Shown here piece after piece: positions 13,892-27,100 of a stretch of DNA of 64,000 nucleotides (its first letter is position 1; every line of letters starts with the position of its first letter). Both the position numbers and the translations under genes were made by a program. The notes under the pieces are model-generated. The model was not told the DNA's origin and did not search any database. It saw only the letters and a program-made list of their open reading frames with translations. Where the stretch lies: positions 802,585 through 866,584 of the forward strand of contig NMRA01000132.1 in NCBI GenBank assembly GCA_002633005.1. The letters are read 5' to 3'. This stretch comes from Phoronis australis. Lineage: Eukaryota; Animalia; Phoronida.

Positions 13892-16230
13892 ATCCAATCA
13901 ACTTGACTATGGATCAAACAAATCCGATTATTGCTGTGCCTCCTAGAGGCAATTGAGATTTTTTATGTTTGGGTCTGTATTTAGAGTTCCTCAACGGATT
14001 TTCGTGAAATTTTGTAGGGAGACGGTGCTTTCCCATTTTCGGACAGGATCGAAATAACCTGCGACATTTATATGTTACTAATGCTTACCCCTAGAATTAT
14101 ACCGTTTGCAGTGCGGTCATGGATGCGTTTCAACTCTCTTTGTATTGCTTCACTGGTGTTTGATATCTTTTTAGATTTTTTCTGATATCAATTTATTAAT
14201 TCTTGTCATGATAATGCAATCTACATCCTCAAAGCTAATATTTAAAGCATTTATAAACGTAGCATCCATCACACTTTTGATTTTATATTATGAAATTTGT
14301 CCTCTAATTGTTCCTTGGTCAAAGTAGTGATCTGCAGTTAGAAAGTGCCAACAGGCTCCACAAGTTGGCTTGTCACCGCTGCTCATTTTGTGACGTGCAT
14401 ATTCGCAAGCACCAATGAACTGTCAGGTTTTCCAATCTCAGACATCACTTTTCAGCTGAGTTTGGAATAAGTCAAGCTCAGTTCTATGGTGGTTGTGTAC
14501 AACAAGTCTGGTTTCTTTTGACGAGGCATGGGTTTATGGCTGCTTACCTGTAGATTCTACATCTTGCTTTGCAAACTAGTAATAAAAATTTAACTAATTT
14601 AGTGAAACAACAAAGAATGGTTCAATTGTTTATTTATTAAAATTGCTCTACACCACCCTGGAGCTCCTAGGTCCAGAGAAATCACGAAATGTCTGCACCT
14701 TCAAAATTAACAAAAGCATTTACAACATTCTTGCAAATTAAACGCCTAGTAACTAAACATAAGAATATTCAGTCTTTCAAGCAATCTTTGGCCAATTCCA
14801 TGCATATGAACTGAACACGCTGCCCGTAACCAATTTATTTTGTGGCACTTCACAGCAATTCTGCTAAACATGTTGAAGGCCTCTGTCGAGAGTGCGCATT
14901 CAGGGACAAAGTTGATTGGACACCCTAAGATGTTCAAAATACAAAATGAAATAGGATAGAACAGAAACTAAATTGTTTGAAAGCACTCGATGGCTACGCG
15001 TAATGAAAGAATCGTCTTGCGTACCAGCATTTGGAAATTGGTAAGGTACAGACACGGANATCCAATCAACTTGACTATGGATCAAACAAATCCGATTATT
15101 GCTGTGCCTCCTAGAGGCAACTGAGATTTTTTTAAGTTTGGGTCTGTATTTAGAGTTCCTCAACAGATTTTCGTGAAATTTGGTAGGGAGATGGTGCTTT
15201 CCCATTTTCGGACAGGATCGAAATAATCTGCACCATTTATATGTTACTAATGCTTACCCCTAGAATTATACCGTTTGCAGTGCGGTCATGGATGCGTTTC
15301 AACTCTTTGTATTGTTTCACTGGTGTTTGATATCTTTTTAGATTTTTTCTGATATCAATTTATTAATTCTTGTCATGATAATGCAATCTACATCCTCAAA
15401 GCTAATATTTAAAGCATTTATAAACCTAGCATCCACAACACTTTTGATTTTACATTATGAAATTTGTCCTCTAATTGTTCCTTGGTCAAAGTAGTGATCT
15501 GCAGTTAGAAAGTGCCGACAGCTCAGGCTCCACAAGTTGGCTTGTCACCGCTGCTCATTTTGTGACGTGCATATTCGCAAGCACCAATGAACTGTCAGGT
15601 TTTCCAATCTCAGACATCACTTTTCAGCTGAGTTTGGAATAAGTCAAGCTCAGTTCTATGGTGGTTGTGTAAAACAAGTCTGGTTTCTTTTGACGAGGCA
15701 TGGGTTTATGGCTGCTTACCTGTAGATTCTACATCTTGCTTTGCAAACTAGTAATAAAAATTTAACTAATGTAGTGAAACAACAAAGAATGGTTCAATTG
15801 TTTATTTATTAAAATTGCTCTACACCACCCTGGAGCTCCTAGGTCCAGAGAAATCACGAAATGTCTGCACCTTCAAAATTAACAAAAGCATTTACAACAT
15901 TCTTGCAAATTAAACGCCTAGTAACTAAACATAAGAATATTCAGTCTTTCAAGCAATCTTTGGCCAATTCCATGCATGTGAACTGAACACGCTGCCCGTA
16001 ACCAATTTATTTTGTGGCACTTCACAGCAATTCTGCTAAACATGTTGAAGGCCTCTGTCGAGAGTGCGCATTCAGGGACAAAGTTGATTGGACACCCTAA
16101 GATGTTCAAAATACAAAATGAAATAGGATAGAACAGAAACTAAATTGTTTGAAAGCACTCGATGGCTACGCGTAATGAAAGAATCGTCTTGCGTACCAGC
16201 ATTTGGAAATTGGTAAGGTACAGACACGGA
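13892..16230. repeat. About 1.17-kb near-identical tandem duplication joined at an N; probable haplotype-overlap assembly artefact
   Basis: 13892-15058 and 15060-16230 differ only by scattered SNPs and small indels; the junction is exactly the single N at 15059. Confidence 0.85.
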
Positions 16231-18178
16231 AACTATCACTAAATTTTGAGGCATTGGTAATTGTAAGATTTAATTGTCTGTCTCCCCCAAAAAGTAAGTT
16301 GATAACTTACAAACTTTCGCCTGCCCTTTAATATGATTTCATATTCAAAGGAAATGTAACTGCAATAACACTTCAAAAGCAATATTGCACAGTTCTTCCA
16401 CTATATACAAAACACTAATACATGTACACGATCAAGAGTTGTTAAATCAGCTGAGGACTTCATGACACACTTCAAGGTTCACAATGAGTAAAAACGTTAC
16501 AACCAGTTGCATGAATTACCCACAGGACAATGACAAGGGACTAGTGCTCATGTCCAGTACAGCAACATCCTACCATTGGAAATAACGTAGCATTTACTCC
16601 TTGGGAACCTCATAGTAACCGTTCAGAGTGGAAGAGCACATCAAAGACTGAGAAAACAACGAGGCGATATTTGAAAACCTAGAAAGGCTAGTCAACAACT
16701 GAATCTAAGCACAGCGCATCTTATTGGTACAACTACATGCTATTTACAGGGTTGTACAGATTCGTAACAAAGCCAGCAAAAGGGTTTCCAGTGAGCAACT
16801 GCTAACAATCCTAGAATACGGCAAAATGAGGGTAGCTTTTGCTCAAAAGAAACCTTAAAAAAATAAATTTCATTAAAGCATTACTGTACAGCGCTGGCTT
16901 AACCAAACTATGCTGCAGATCTCTATGGGGATGGGAACCGGATTGTGAAGTGCCCACCTGAAAATACATTGAAAACAAGTTCATATCTTGTGCACATTAA
17001 TCGTTTTTCAAACTTTTCCAAACACAGCAACCTAACACAGCATAAACCAAAAAACACAAACTTACCGTTTACTCCCGGTCACAAAACGACTACAAAATGT
17101 AATTCCCTGCTATGACGGTTGATTGCAACCGGAATTGACCATCATAGTAGCCAGTCGTCATAACGGGAAATAACAGCAATTTATTGCTTAATAAAGTGGA
17201 AATGTAATTCATTACAATATTTCTAATTTAATCAATCATAAGTCAACCTCGTGATATCTTTAAAAGATGCGGCGTGCAACGAACCGAGACAACCAATGAA
17301 CTGTAATTAGTTCCACCTGTTGCCACACTAATACATGGGAAAGTCACCGTTTCTATCGGAAGTTTCACTGCATTAAATCTGATACATGTACTCCTGGGTA
17401 CGACAAAGTGCTACCGCAAAAAAACAAAACTTATAGCAATGAAAATTTACAGCCAAACTTTGAAGGCTTTCATAGCAGCATCAAAAAACGTAGTAATAGG
17501 GCTTTAAATCATTATCTACGACAATAATCAAATTGTTGACGTCATACTGCTAAGTGCATAAGTACATTGTATTAAAAGCAATGTCCTGGGAATAGTTTGT
17601 ACATAATAGACCACTGTGGAGACATCTGAAGATTGCAAGAAGAGATTACAACCGGAACGATGAGTCACGAAGGGTCATAACCTAATATTTTCAGCCGGAA
17701 TTAACTGAAAATATCTGCAGGCGGAATTGAGTTGTCATGACACTGAAACAGCATTCCGACTGTTTTCTTTCAGCTTGTATTCATGTATCTCTCAGAAACA
17801 AATGACCAGGTGTGTTTGTGTGTTGGATGCCACCATGAATATTTGCCCATACAGACAAGTATTCAGAAGCCACTCACATGAAGCATACTTCAAAGAATCT
17901 TCTAGTTTTAACACGAAATTTTAATACTTAATGCGCCCGTTTTCCACACCAAAGCTCATTCCATGCCAACAGATACAAAATCGAGGGTTTTCTTAGATTT
18001 CTCTACTCCAACCTACAAATTGTCAGCAACATAGAAATGTGCTAAAAACTGAAGGCAATGGTGCGAGTTCTGGACTAAGTAAATCCTTATAAGACAGGCA
18101 TCACTTAGGCATTTCTAATCACACCGAATGGTGCAAACTGTGGTAAAATGTTACAAGATGTTCACTCACCCAGTCCAG

Positions 18179-21100
18179 TTAGTTCTTATCATTGATGTTG
18201 AGTTTGGATATATCAACAGGTTCAATATCTTTTTCTGTCATCTCTCTTGGTTTGCCACCGCCAAATATGCTGGCTGATTTTTCACTGACTTCTGCAGGGG
18301 CGAGCACCGGGTCCTTCACTGACCGTGGTAAAAGTTTTAACTTGGGCCTTTGTGCCAGGGACTCTGCAAAGGACGACGTAGGTGAGCCGTACAAGTGTAA
18401 GTGGGTTACTTACAAAAAGGCACCAGGCTTAGCAAAGCATAACTACATAAAGAAGAAGAATTAAATTCTTGTCATTCTCGCTTATCTCAAGCAAAGGTTG
18501 TTAGAGATATTTTAAAGAACCCTGCTGTACCCATCATCATTGATTTTCAATCGTACTCTAAGTTTTAAAAAGGCAGACTCCCTGTAATAAGGTTGGGTCA
18601 CGACTGTTTCTTTACAGAGATTAAAGGTGCATTCTAGGCTTAAGAAACACAGAGAAATACTTGATGTCGACGACTCAACTCGATATGGGTGTTAGTCACA
18701 TGACAAGAGACTAGAAGCTCATTTCATCGGACAGAATGACGTTCCTTTCTATGCAACTATTGTCAGGAGCCATCGTCAAGCTACCATTGCATTATTGGGG
18801 CAAGTGACTTCATGAAGAGGGATGGTGAACCTGAATGGCTGACGAGATCTGTTGCAAAAAGATCTGGTTGGAACAACTGTATATCAGTCCAAGTCAACCA
18901 ATCAGATTTGCCTACCATCGCCATGACGTCACACGTCCCAATCCAACAGTTCTTCGAAAATGACTGCTGAGAAGAAAAGTCAAATACGTTCACGGCTAGA
19001 TTGAATTTTTGTCCGCATACAAAAGAACTTCGTCACGTAAGCGTCAGACAGATGGAAAGATTTCTAAAATCTGTTGGTCTACGTGTACCAAACATAGCTT
19101 CATTTGCATTGGAAAATACTTTCACTCGTTCATATTCCAGACCACCTTCAGAATCTGATGTTACAGCATTATTAGAAGGATGGGTGTGTGTATGAGGTAC
19201 ACTCATAGTAGGTCAATAACGTGCAGTTTGTTTTAGAACAGGCTTGCTTCTTCATCTAGGAACACTGTAACACCTAAAAGTGGCCAGAGAAAATACCAGC
19301 AAAAGAGTTATTCCAATGACAATGGGAGAGAAGTTGACAGAAACACACCAATAGATTTGGCTTTTTGATGCTACTACATCACCACCTCAAAACGGATTTA
19401 GGAAATACACATATTTCGGTAAAACACTTCACTTTACCTGGTGAACTGGTTTTAAATTCTTCATAACGACTACCACTGTCCTGCCTCTGACGACTCCTGT
19501 ACCCACCACCAAAGCCTCCTCGATCATAGCCTCCCCGCCTACCGCCATCAGGACCCCCTCGGTGGCCATAGCCTCCACCCCTGGGAGGTCTATCATCCCT
19601 GAAGTTTCCATAGTCGTTTTGCCCGTAACCTCCACCACCTCCCCTTCCCCGATCACCATAACTACCACGACCACCTCTGAATCCTGAAAAAGAAATTAAA
19701 ACCCAATGTGTGTTCACCTCAAGATCATGAAGACAAACAAATGGCAATTCCTTAAATAACGTTGCACACACTGCTGTTCTATTTCTTAATATAACGTCAA
19801 AACTAGAAACAGATTCATGAACTAATCAATAGCAACACCTCTTTTCGTTGCTAACTTAAGCAGAGCAAGAAGACAATGAAGAAACAGTATTTACCAGTAG
19901 ACAAAATGTTACTTACTCAAAAGGCATAATCAAATTGTTACAGGCTACACATCTGCATGAATGTGAACAAGTAACCAGAGTTGGTACATTAATATTATAC
20001 TTTGGTAACACTCCTTCCTCCAAACATGTAATGTTGATGAATGTGGAAAGTTGGCGCCATTACAAAGTATTTAGCTGTTGGCGACCTGTTAGTATTTGTC
20101 GACCGAGCTCGGCGGGAATCTTCGAGTCACATGGCCACTTGTTTACCAGAGCCTTGCCTCAAGTAACAACCACTAGGTGGTGTTTAACAACCGCCAAGCA
20201 CCACCCACGACGATTCCCTCCAGTAACCCGACGAAGGGCCCAGGACGCGCCCGAAAGCTAGGTGCGCAAATAAAAACAGGTCGCCGATAGGTAACTACTT
20301 TGTTCCCTATGTAATGTTGATAATCTAAACAGGATGCATTATGTGCATTCAAGAACACAAAGTAAAACTTAGTGATCGAATATGACAAACTCTAGATTGT
20401 GTACAATACACCTCTAGCTGTCACAGTTTCAAAACTACACTTACATTCACGTTACCATTACTATTACACTTTGTGTCTATTTATACCAATCATCCCTACC
20501 ACTTTCCTAGTTGTCACTCCAGTTATACCAATCATCCCTACCACATTCCTAGTTGTCACTCCAGTTTTACCAATAATCCCAACCACTTTCCTAGTTGTCA
20601 CTCCAGTTATACCAATCATCCCTACCACTTTCCTAGTTGTCACTCCAGTTATACCAATAATCCCAACCACTTTCCTAGTTGTCACTCCAGTTATATCAAT
20701 AATCCCAACCACTTTCCTAGTTGTCACTCCAGTTTTACCAATAATCCCAACCACTTTCCTAGTTGTCACTCCAGTTTTACCAATAATCCCAACCACTTTC
20801 CTAGTTGTCACTCCAGTTATATCAATAATCCCAACCACTTTCCTAGTTGTCACTCCAGTTTTACCAATAATCCCAACCACTTTCCTAGTTGTCACTCCAG
20901 TTTTACCAATAATCCCAACCACTTTCCTAGTTGTCACTCCAGTTTTACCAATAATCCCAACCACTTTCCTAGTTGTCACTCCAGTTTTACCAATAATCCC
21001 AACCACTTTCCTAGTTGTCACTCCAGTTTTACCAATAATCCCAACCACTTTCCTAGTTGTCACTCCAGTTTTACCAATAATCCCAACCACTTTCCTAGTT

Positions 21101-24100
21101 GTCACTCCAGTTTTACCAATAATCCCAACCACTTTCCTAGTTGTCACTCCAGTTTTACCAATAATCCCAACCACTTTCCTAGTTGTCACTCCAGTTTTAC
21201 CAATAATCCCAACCACTTTCCTAGTTGTCACTTCACTTATACCAATAATCCCTACCACTTTCCTAGTTGTCACTCCAGTTATACCAATCATCCCTACCAC
21301 ATTCCTAGTTGTCACTCCAGTTATACCAATAATCCCAACCACTTTCCTAGTTGTCACTCCAGTTATATCAATAATCCCAACCACTTTCCTAGTTGTCACT
21401 CCAGTTATACCAATAATCCCAACCACTTTCCTAGTTGTCACTCCAGTTATACCAATAATCCCAACCACTTTCCTAGTTGTCACTCCAGTTATATCAATAA
21501 TCCCAACCACTTTCCTAGTTGTCACTCCAGTTATACCAATAATCCCAACCACTTTCCTAGTTGTCACTCCAGTTATACCAATAATCCCAACCACTTTCCT
21601 AGTTGTCACTCCAGTTATATCAATAATCCCAACCACTTTCCTAGTTGTCACTCCAGTTATACCAATAATCCCAACCACTTTCCTAGTTGTCACTCCAGTT
21701 ATACCAATAATCCCAACCACTTTCCTAGTTGTCACTCCAGTTATATCAATAATCCCAACCACTTTCCTAGTTGTCACTCCAGTTATACCAATAATCCCAA
21801 CCACTTTCCTAGTTGTCACTCCAGTTATACCAATAATCCCAACCACTTTCCTAGTTGTCACTCCAGTTATATCAATAATCCCAACCACTTTCCTAGTTGT
21901 CACTCCAGTTATACCAATAATCCCAACCACTTTCCTAGTTGTCACTCCAGTTATACCAATAATCCCAACCACTTTCCTAGTTGTCACTCCAGTTATATCA
22001 ATAATCCCAACCACTTTCCTAGTTGTCACTCCAGTTATACCAATAATCCCAACCACTTTCCTAGTTGTCACTCCAGTTATACCAATAATCCCAACCACTT
22101 TCCTAGTTGTCACTCCAGTTATATCAATAATCCCAACCACTTTCCTAGTTGTCACTCCAGTTTTACCAATAATCCCAACCACTTTCCTAGTTGTCACTCC
22201 AGTTATACCAGTAATCCTAACCACTTTCCTAGTTGTCACTCCACTTATACCAATCATCCCTACCACATTCCTAGTTGTCACACCAGTTATACCAATCATC
22301 CCTACCACATTCCTAGTTGTCACTCCAGTTATACCAATCATCCCTATCACTTTCTTTGTCATTACACTAGTAACACCAATAATCCCTTTCCTTAACATAG
22401 ACAAAATAATCAACTTACCATCTCCTCTCCCTCTGCCTCTATTGCCACCTTTCCTTTGGTCAGCCACATTTACCCTCAACTGCTGGCCGTTGAGTACCTA
22501 AAATGGAAAATAACGGCACACAATACAATACATGATTGATCAGAAACTTGTAAATGAATACCTTTAGCCACTAGGTGCATAATATTAAGACCAAGTGATA
22601 TAACCCATAAATGATATTCAGGATAGCATTCGACAAGTCATCAGCAGTGAGGGATTAATGTCATCCATTTTCAGCTTTATACGAACAGATCTGCCAAATT
22701 TCAAGCAAAAATCCTGCAAAGAGTAAAAGAGATACCTGTGGATGTAAATAACAAAACCACTATCCCAAAATCAACCTCTATGTTCTTTTCAACAGGGACA
22801 GATTTACCAATTTTCAAAATGATACTGCCAGGTTAGGTGGATAGAGAGACGGATACCAAAAAGGGACCAGAAAATAACAAAGTAGCCACTCGGGATGCAG
22901 ACTCTGTTTCAGGAAGCTATCATCGTCATAGACAATAGAAAAACAATTTTGTAAAAATACACCAAAGAACTGGGCAGATAATAGAAAAATGTAAAAAAGT
23001 ACAATTGCCACTAGGGGGAACAAAGGAACTCAGATCTGTCGAAAATCGTCAACATGTGTTGTCAGCCTTACAGGAACACTCTTGCCAAATTTCATGAAGA
23101 TCTTCTAAGCGGTTTAGGTGATACAACAATAAATAACAGACAGCGATGACAATATACAGAGCATAAAAATGGCCACCACGAGGAGTAAAACAAAATAAAT
23201 AAATCCAAAAATAGAAGGCACTGTCAGCTCTATAATAGTAACAGATTTGCCAAATTTCACGAAAAACCATGAATGAACTTTGCAGAGGCAAACTTAAAAA
23301 ATCAAAATTGCCACTAGGGGACACAGCAGGAGTCGAATGGGTAAGAAAAACAATGCTTATCCGTCATCAGCTTCCATCCAAAAGGTGTCGTTAGCTGTGG
23401 GATTTTTTTAGTCAGTGAGTGCAAGTCTTTAAATGAGCCAGGATATAGAGCTCTAGATGAAGGTCTGCTGCAGACAAGAACCAGTTATGGTTTTTTTGGC
23501 CTATTCTCTATTTCAGAAACAACGCAGTCAATACGCAATGCTCTAACATTTGCTACAGATTAAAATAAGTTACTTTTGTTGGATTTTGTTGGTTTGAACA
23601 AATGTGATAGCACAAGTGAATAGTAGGCCACCGCCACATTGCATGTCCCCATTGTTGAGTAGTTGCTAGAGGTGTGACGTAATCACTTTTTGTCCATATA
23701 ATTTACTAACCAAATTTCATGAAAATCCAATCAGGAACATGAAAGACACAGAAGTAAATGTGAAAAACTACAATTGCCACTAGGGGGCACAGTGGATATC
23801 AGATCAGTAAAACTCGTCATATTTTGCCAGCTTTATAGGAACACATCTTCCAAATCTCATAAAGATCCTGCCTAGGTTTAGGAGATATGGCAGAAAATCT
23901 AAGACGCCCACACAGAGATGATGGCCAATATGCACCCAAATCTGTATCCGTGGGAACTTAAAGTCTTGTGGAAGGCTGTCTGAAACTCACATCATCAGGA
24001 ACTTGGAGCGCTTCATGACACCTTTTACTTTGTTTATAGATTTAAAGAACAGCTGGTGTCATCAATTTGGATGTTCACTGCATGGTCCACCAAATTCCCT

Positions 24101-27100
24101 CTTTTAATTTTGTACAGTGGAGAACTTTATGGCTATTCAATTAGTTTTATAGTGAAGACCCCCTCTTGCCAAACCTAATTCATTTGTCTATCACCTTGAG
24201 ACTAACCCAGTCTCCAGTACCACCTACAATCAATTACACCGCAAATCTATCGTCTTCGTAGCTGTAGGGAATTATGAAAGGTTGGACCATTGAAACTACA
24301 AACTTGAACAGGACTCCACCAAGTCCCTAGGACCCAACGACAAACTAATACAGTCCCAAACCCTGTTACCAACACTGAATTAATATGCTATTATTATGTT
24401 ACATGACGAGATGAAAAAATATAACAAATTCATGGTTGGTATGCACTAGAATTCAACCCCGGCAAATGCAAAAACACCACCAAATTATTTTTTTTTTCAC
24501 CTTGAGGACCTGGGCCCGGTCTCCAATCTTTTTACTCGAAATGGAACTCGAAATTAGGTTTGGCATTTTCTACTCTACTTTTGGGCGAACTCAAGATAAG
24601 TGTCTATTATTCTATGCTCGAGTACACAATAACTTACGTAGATAATTTATTGCCCTTAGTTCACAGTTTGTAAACCCAATATTAAAGCAATAAGTTCGAG
24701 TTTGAACTCGAAATTTCGAGTTTTTACTCGAGTTTGTAACACGAATATAAGGGTCTTCAAGGGCAAACTTGAACTAGAAACTCCTATGCATAAACTATAA
24801 TGTATTCAAGCACAGTCTGATAACCAATTATCTTAGGTTCGCACAAAAGGAGCAGAGAAATTGCCAAAAATAGTTTCGAGTACAAAGATTAGAGACCGGG
24901 CCCAGTATGGGAGTATCTGTCCAGAGAGATGGACTGAATGGATAGGTTTAGCTAGTATGGGATATATCTAGCATTAAGGGCTTTGAGCGGACAACAAGCA
25001 GGTTGCAGACCATCAAAACCAGCCTACTTACAGCTTCATCGAAGGTTAACGCATCCTCCAAATCTTCTAAATGTTCAAACTCAATGTAAGCAACACCTGA
25101 AACAACATGTTAACCAACAGTGATAAACATACCAAGTACTATTGTTGAGCAAAGAGCACACACTGTCAGTTTGCTCAGTGGACGGGTCTTGTACAGTTCA
25201 TATACAGTTGTGAGAAGTTTGCAGGTCAAGAAAGAAGACCCAAATGTTGAACAAATTAGTGTCACTACCTTGGATGGACATTTACTGTTCATGATGTATA
25301 AAAATACAAACTTCCAGTGCAATGTTCTTTCAGGAAAAAATACAATGTCACAATAATGGACCCTTTGTCTCCTGCAACTTACGCACTGGTCAAAAATGAT
25401 TTCAGAAACCTGCCCAGTTCAATGACACACAGCAGGAATAGTCAACTTTCAAAGTAGTAGGCTCAACTTCTACCTAGTCACAGTGTTCTCCACAATAACA
25501 ATTCCAAACTTGACGCAAATTTCTAGAGTTCAGTATCAGTAGTCACTATAGTTTTGACTAGCAGAGATGTTAAAACATCTCCGAGATGTTAAAACATCTC
25601 CGCTGGAGGTACTTAAGTAGGACCTATGTTTCAAAAATGTACATTGAACTGGTCAGGCGTGACCTACTTTTTAACATTTTGTAGGGCCTACACGTGAAAA
25701 CCGCTTATGACTGTCTCGCGAATAAAAAAATTGTTGTTAAAAGCACGTGGCCAGGAAGCGCGCGCTACATACCTGTCACTTGACATGGCAGACATTAGTC
25801 TCTGGGAACTATCGATGAAGCTACGGTGCTGTTTAACTGCCTCTTACTAAAGTGAACTATATGTTAACTGTTGGTAAAACCAGGCTCTGATTAGATGCTG
25901 AGGGCTGCAGTACCAAGTCAGCCAAGGTTTTAAACCTAACGTGGCAATTTTTAAACTTGACGCGCTTTCCCCAAACTCAATGTGCTTTGCCCAAACTCGA
26001 CGCGGCAAAATCCAAACTCGTTACCGCGTCGAGTCAAAACAGGTTAGCAGTTGGCTTAAGTTACGTCCCACAGTGTTAACCAAAATTTACGTTATGTCAT
26101 ACATTGTCGACCAACAGTTTAGTTATATCACGCATTGTCTATCAACACGAAAGTTATGTCACACAGTGTTAACCAACACTTAAGTTATGCCACACATTGT
26201 CAACCAACATTTACGCAATGCCACATTGTCCAACATCACTTAAGTTTCGTCACAATGTCACCCACGACACACATGTAGATTGGTGTCAATATTCTGCACA
26301 GCAGTTATCAGCATGTGAAGATACTGTGCCACGGGGAACACTCGATTTCTTAACAGTTAACTTATAACGTACCTTTAAATTTCCCCGTCTCTCGGTCATG
26401 GGCTAGACGAACATGTTTAATCTGAATAAAAAAATAAAGTTCGATCGATAAACCACAAGAAAACTTGAAACCTGTGATTACTCACAATACAGTCTAAATG
26501 TATGGCTGTGTGAGTTGCCATAATGATTTGAAAGACAAGACAGAGTACAATAATGTTAAGCTGAAATACAACAAAATCCAGATATAATTAGTAGAATTCA
26601 GTGAGGTAATTGACATAGGGAATTAAGTTGTTACCTATCGGTGGCCTGGTTGTACTTGGGGACCTAACTTTCAGGCCCATCCTGTGCCCTTCGTTGAGAT
26701 ACTGGCGGCAATCTTCGTGTCAGTTGTAGCCACTGTCTGTTCAACTCTGGCTTGTTGATCATGATTTCGTATTTTGCGGTTCCAATATTTATTCTCTTTA
26801 GCTGGTACTTCAACTGTGGGTTTGCAAAGATTGTGTGAAGTATCCATACGGTGTTCTCGTACAGCTGTAGGGTTGCCAAGTGATGCCCACATGTGGCCAC
26901 GTGACACAAAGATTTCCGCCAGTACCCCAACGAAGGGCCCAGGATGGACCCGAAAGTTAGATCTTCAAATGCAACCAGGCCGACGATAGGTAATATTTAC
27001 TTTATTCCCTATGCTATGCAATGGCGCCAGCTATGAACATTCATTCCACCAGGTACAGTGTAATTGACATGTTCTTTTCAAAAGACCGACCAATTCTTGT

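Noticed and set aside
14746-16254. Duplicated 60-101 aa ORFs
   Set aside because: No domain features; they lie in probable UTR/intergenic DNA duplicated by the suspected assembly overlap.
20399-22501. 700-aa and 640-aa plus-strand ORFs as genes, or the array as a CRISPR
   Set aside because: They are translations of a 42-bp tandem repeat inside an eIF4H intron; there are no unique spacers and no cas genes, and the context is eukaryotic.
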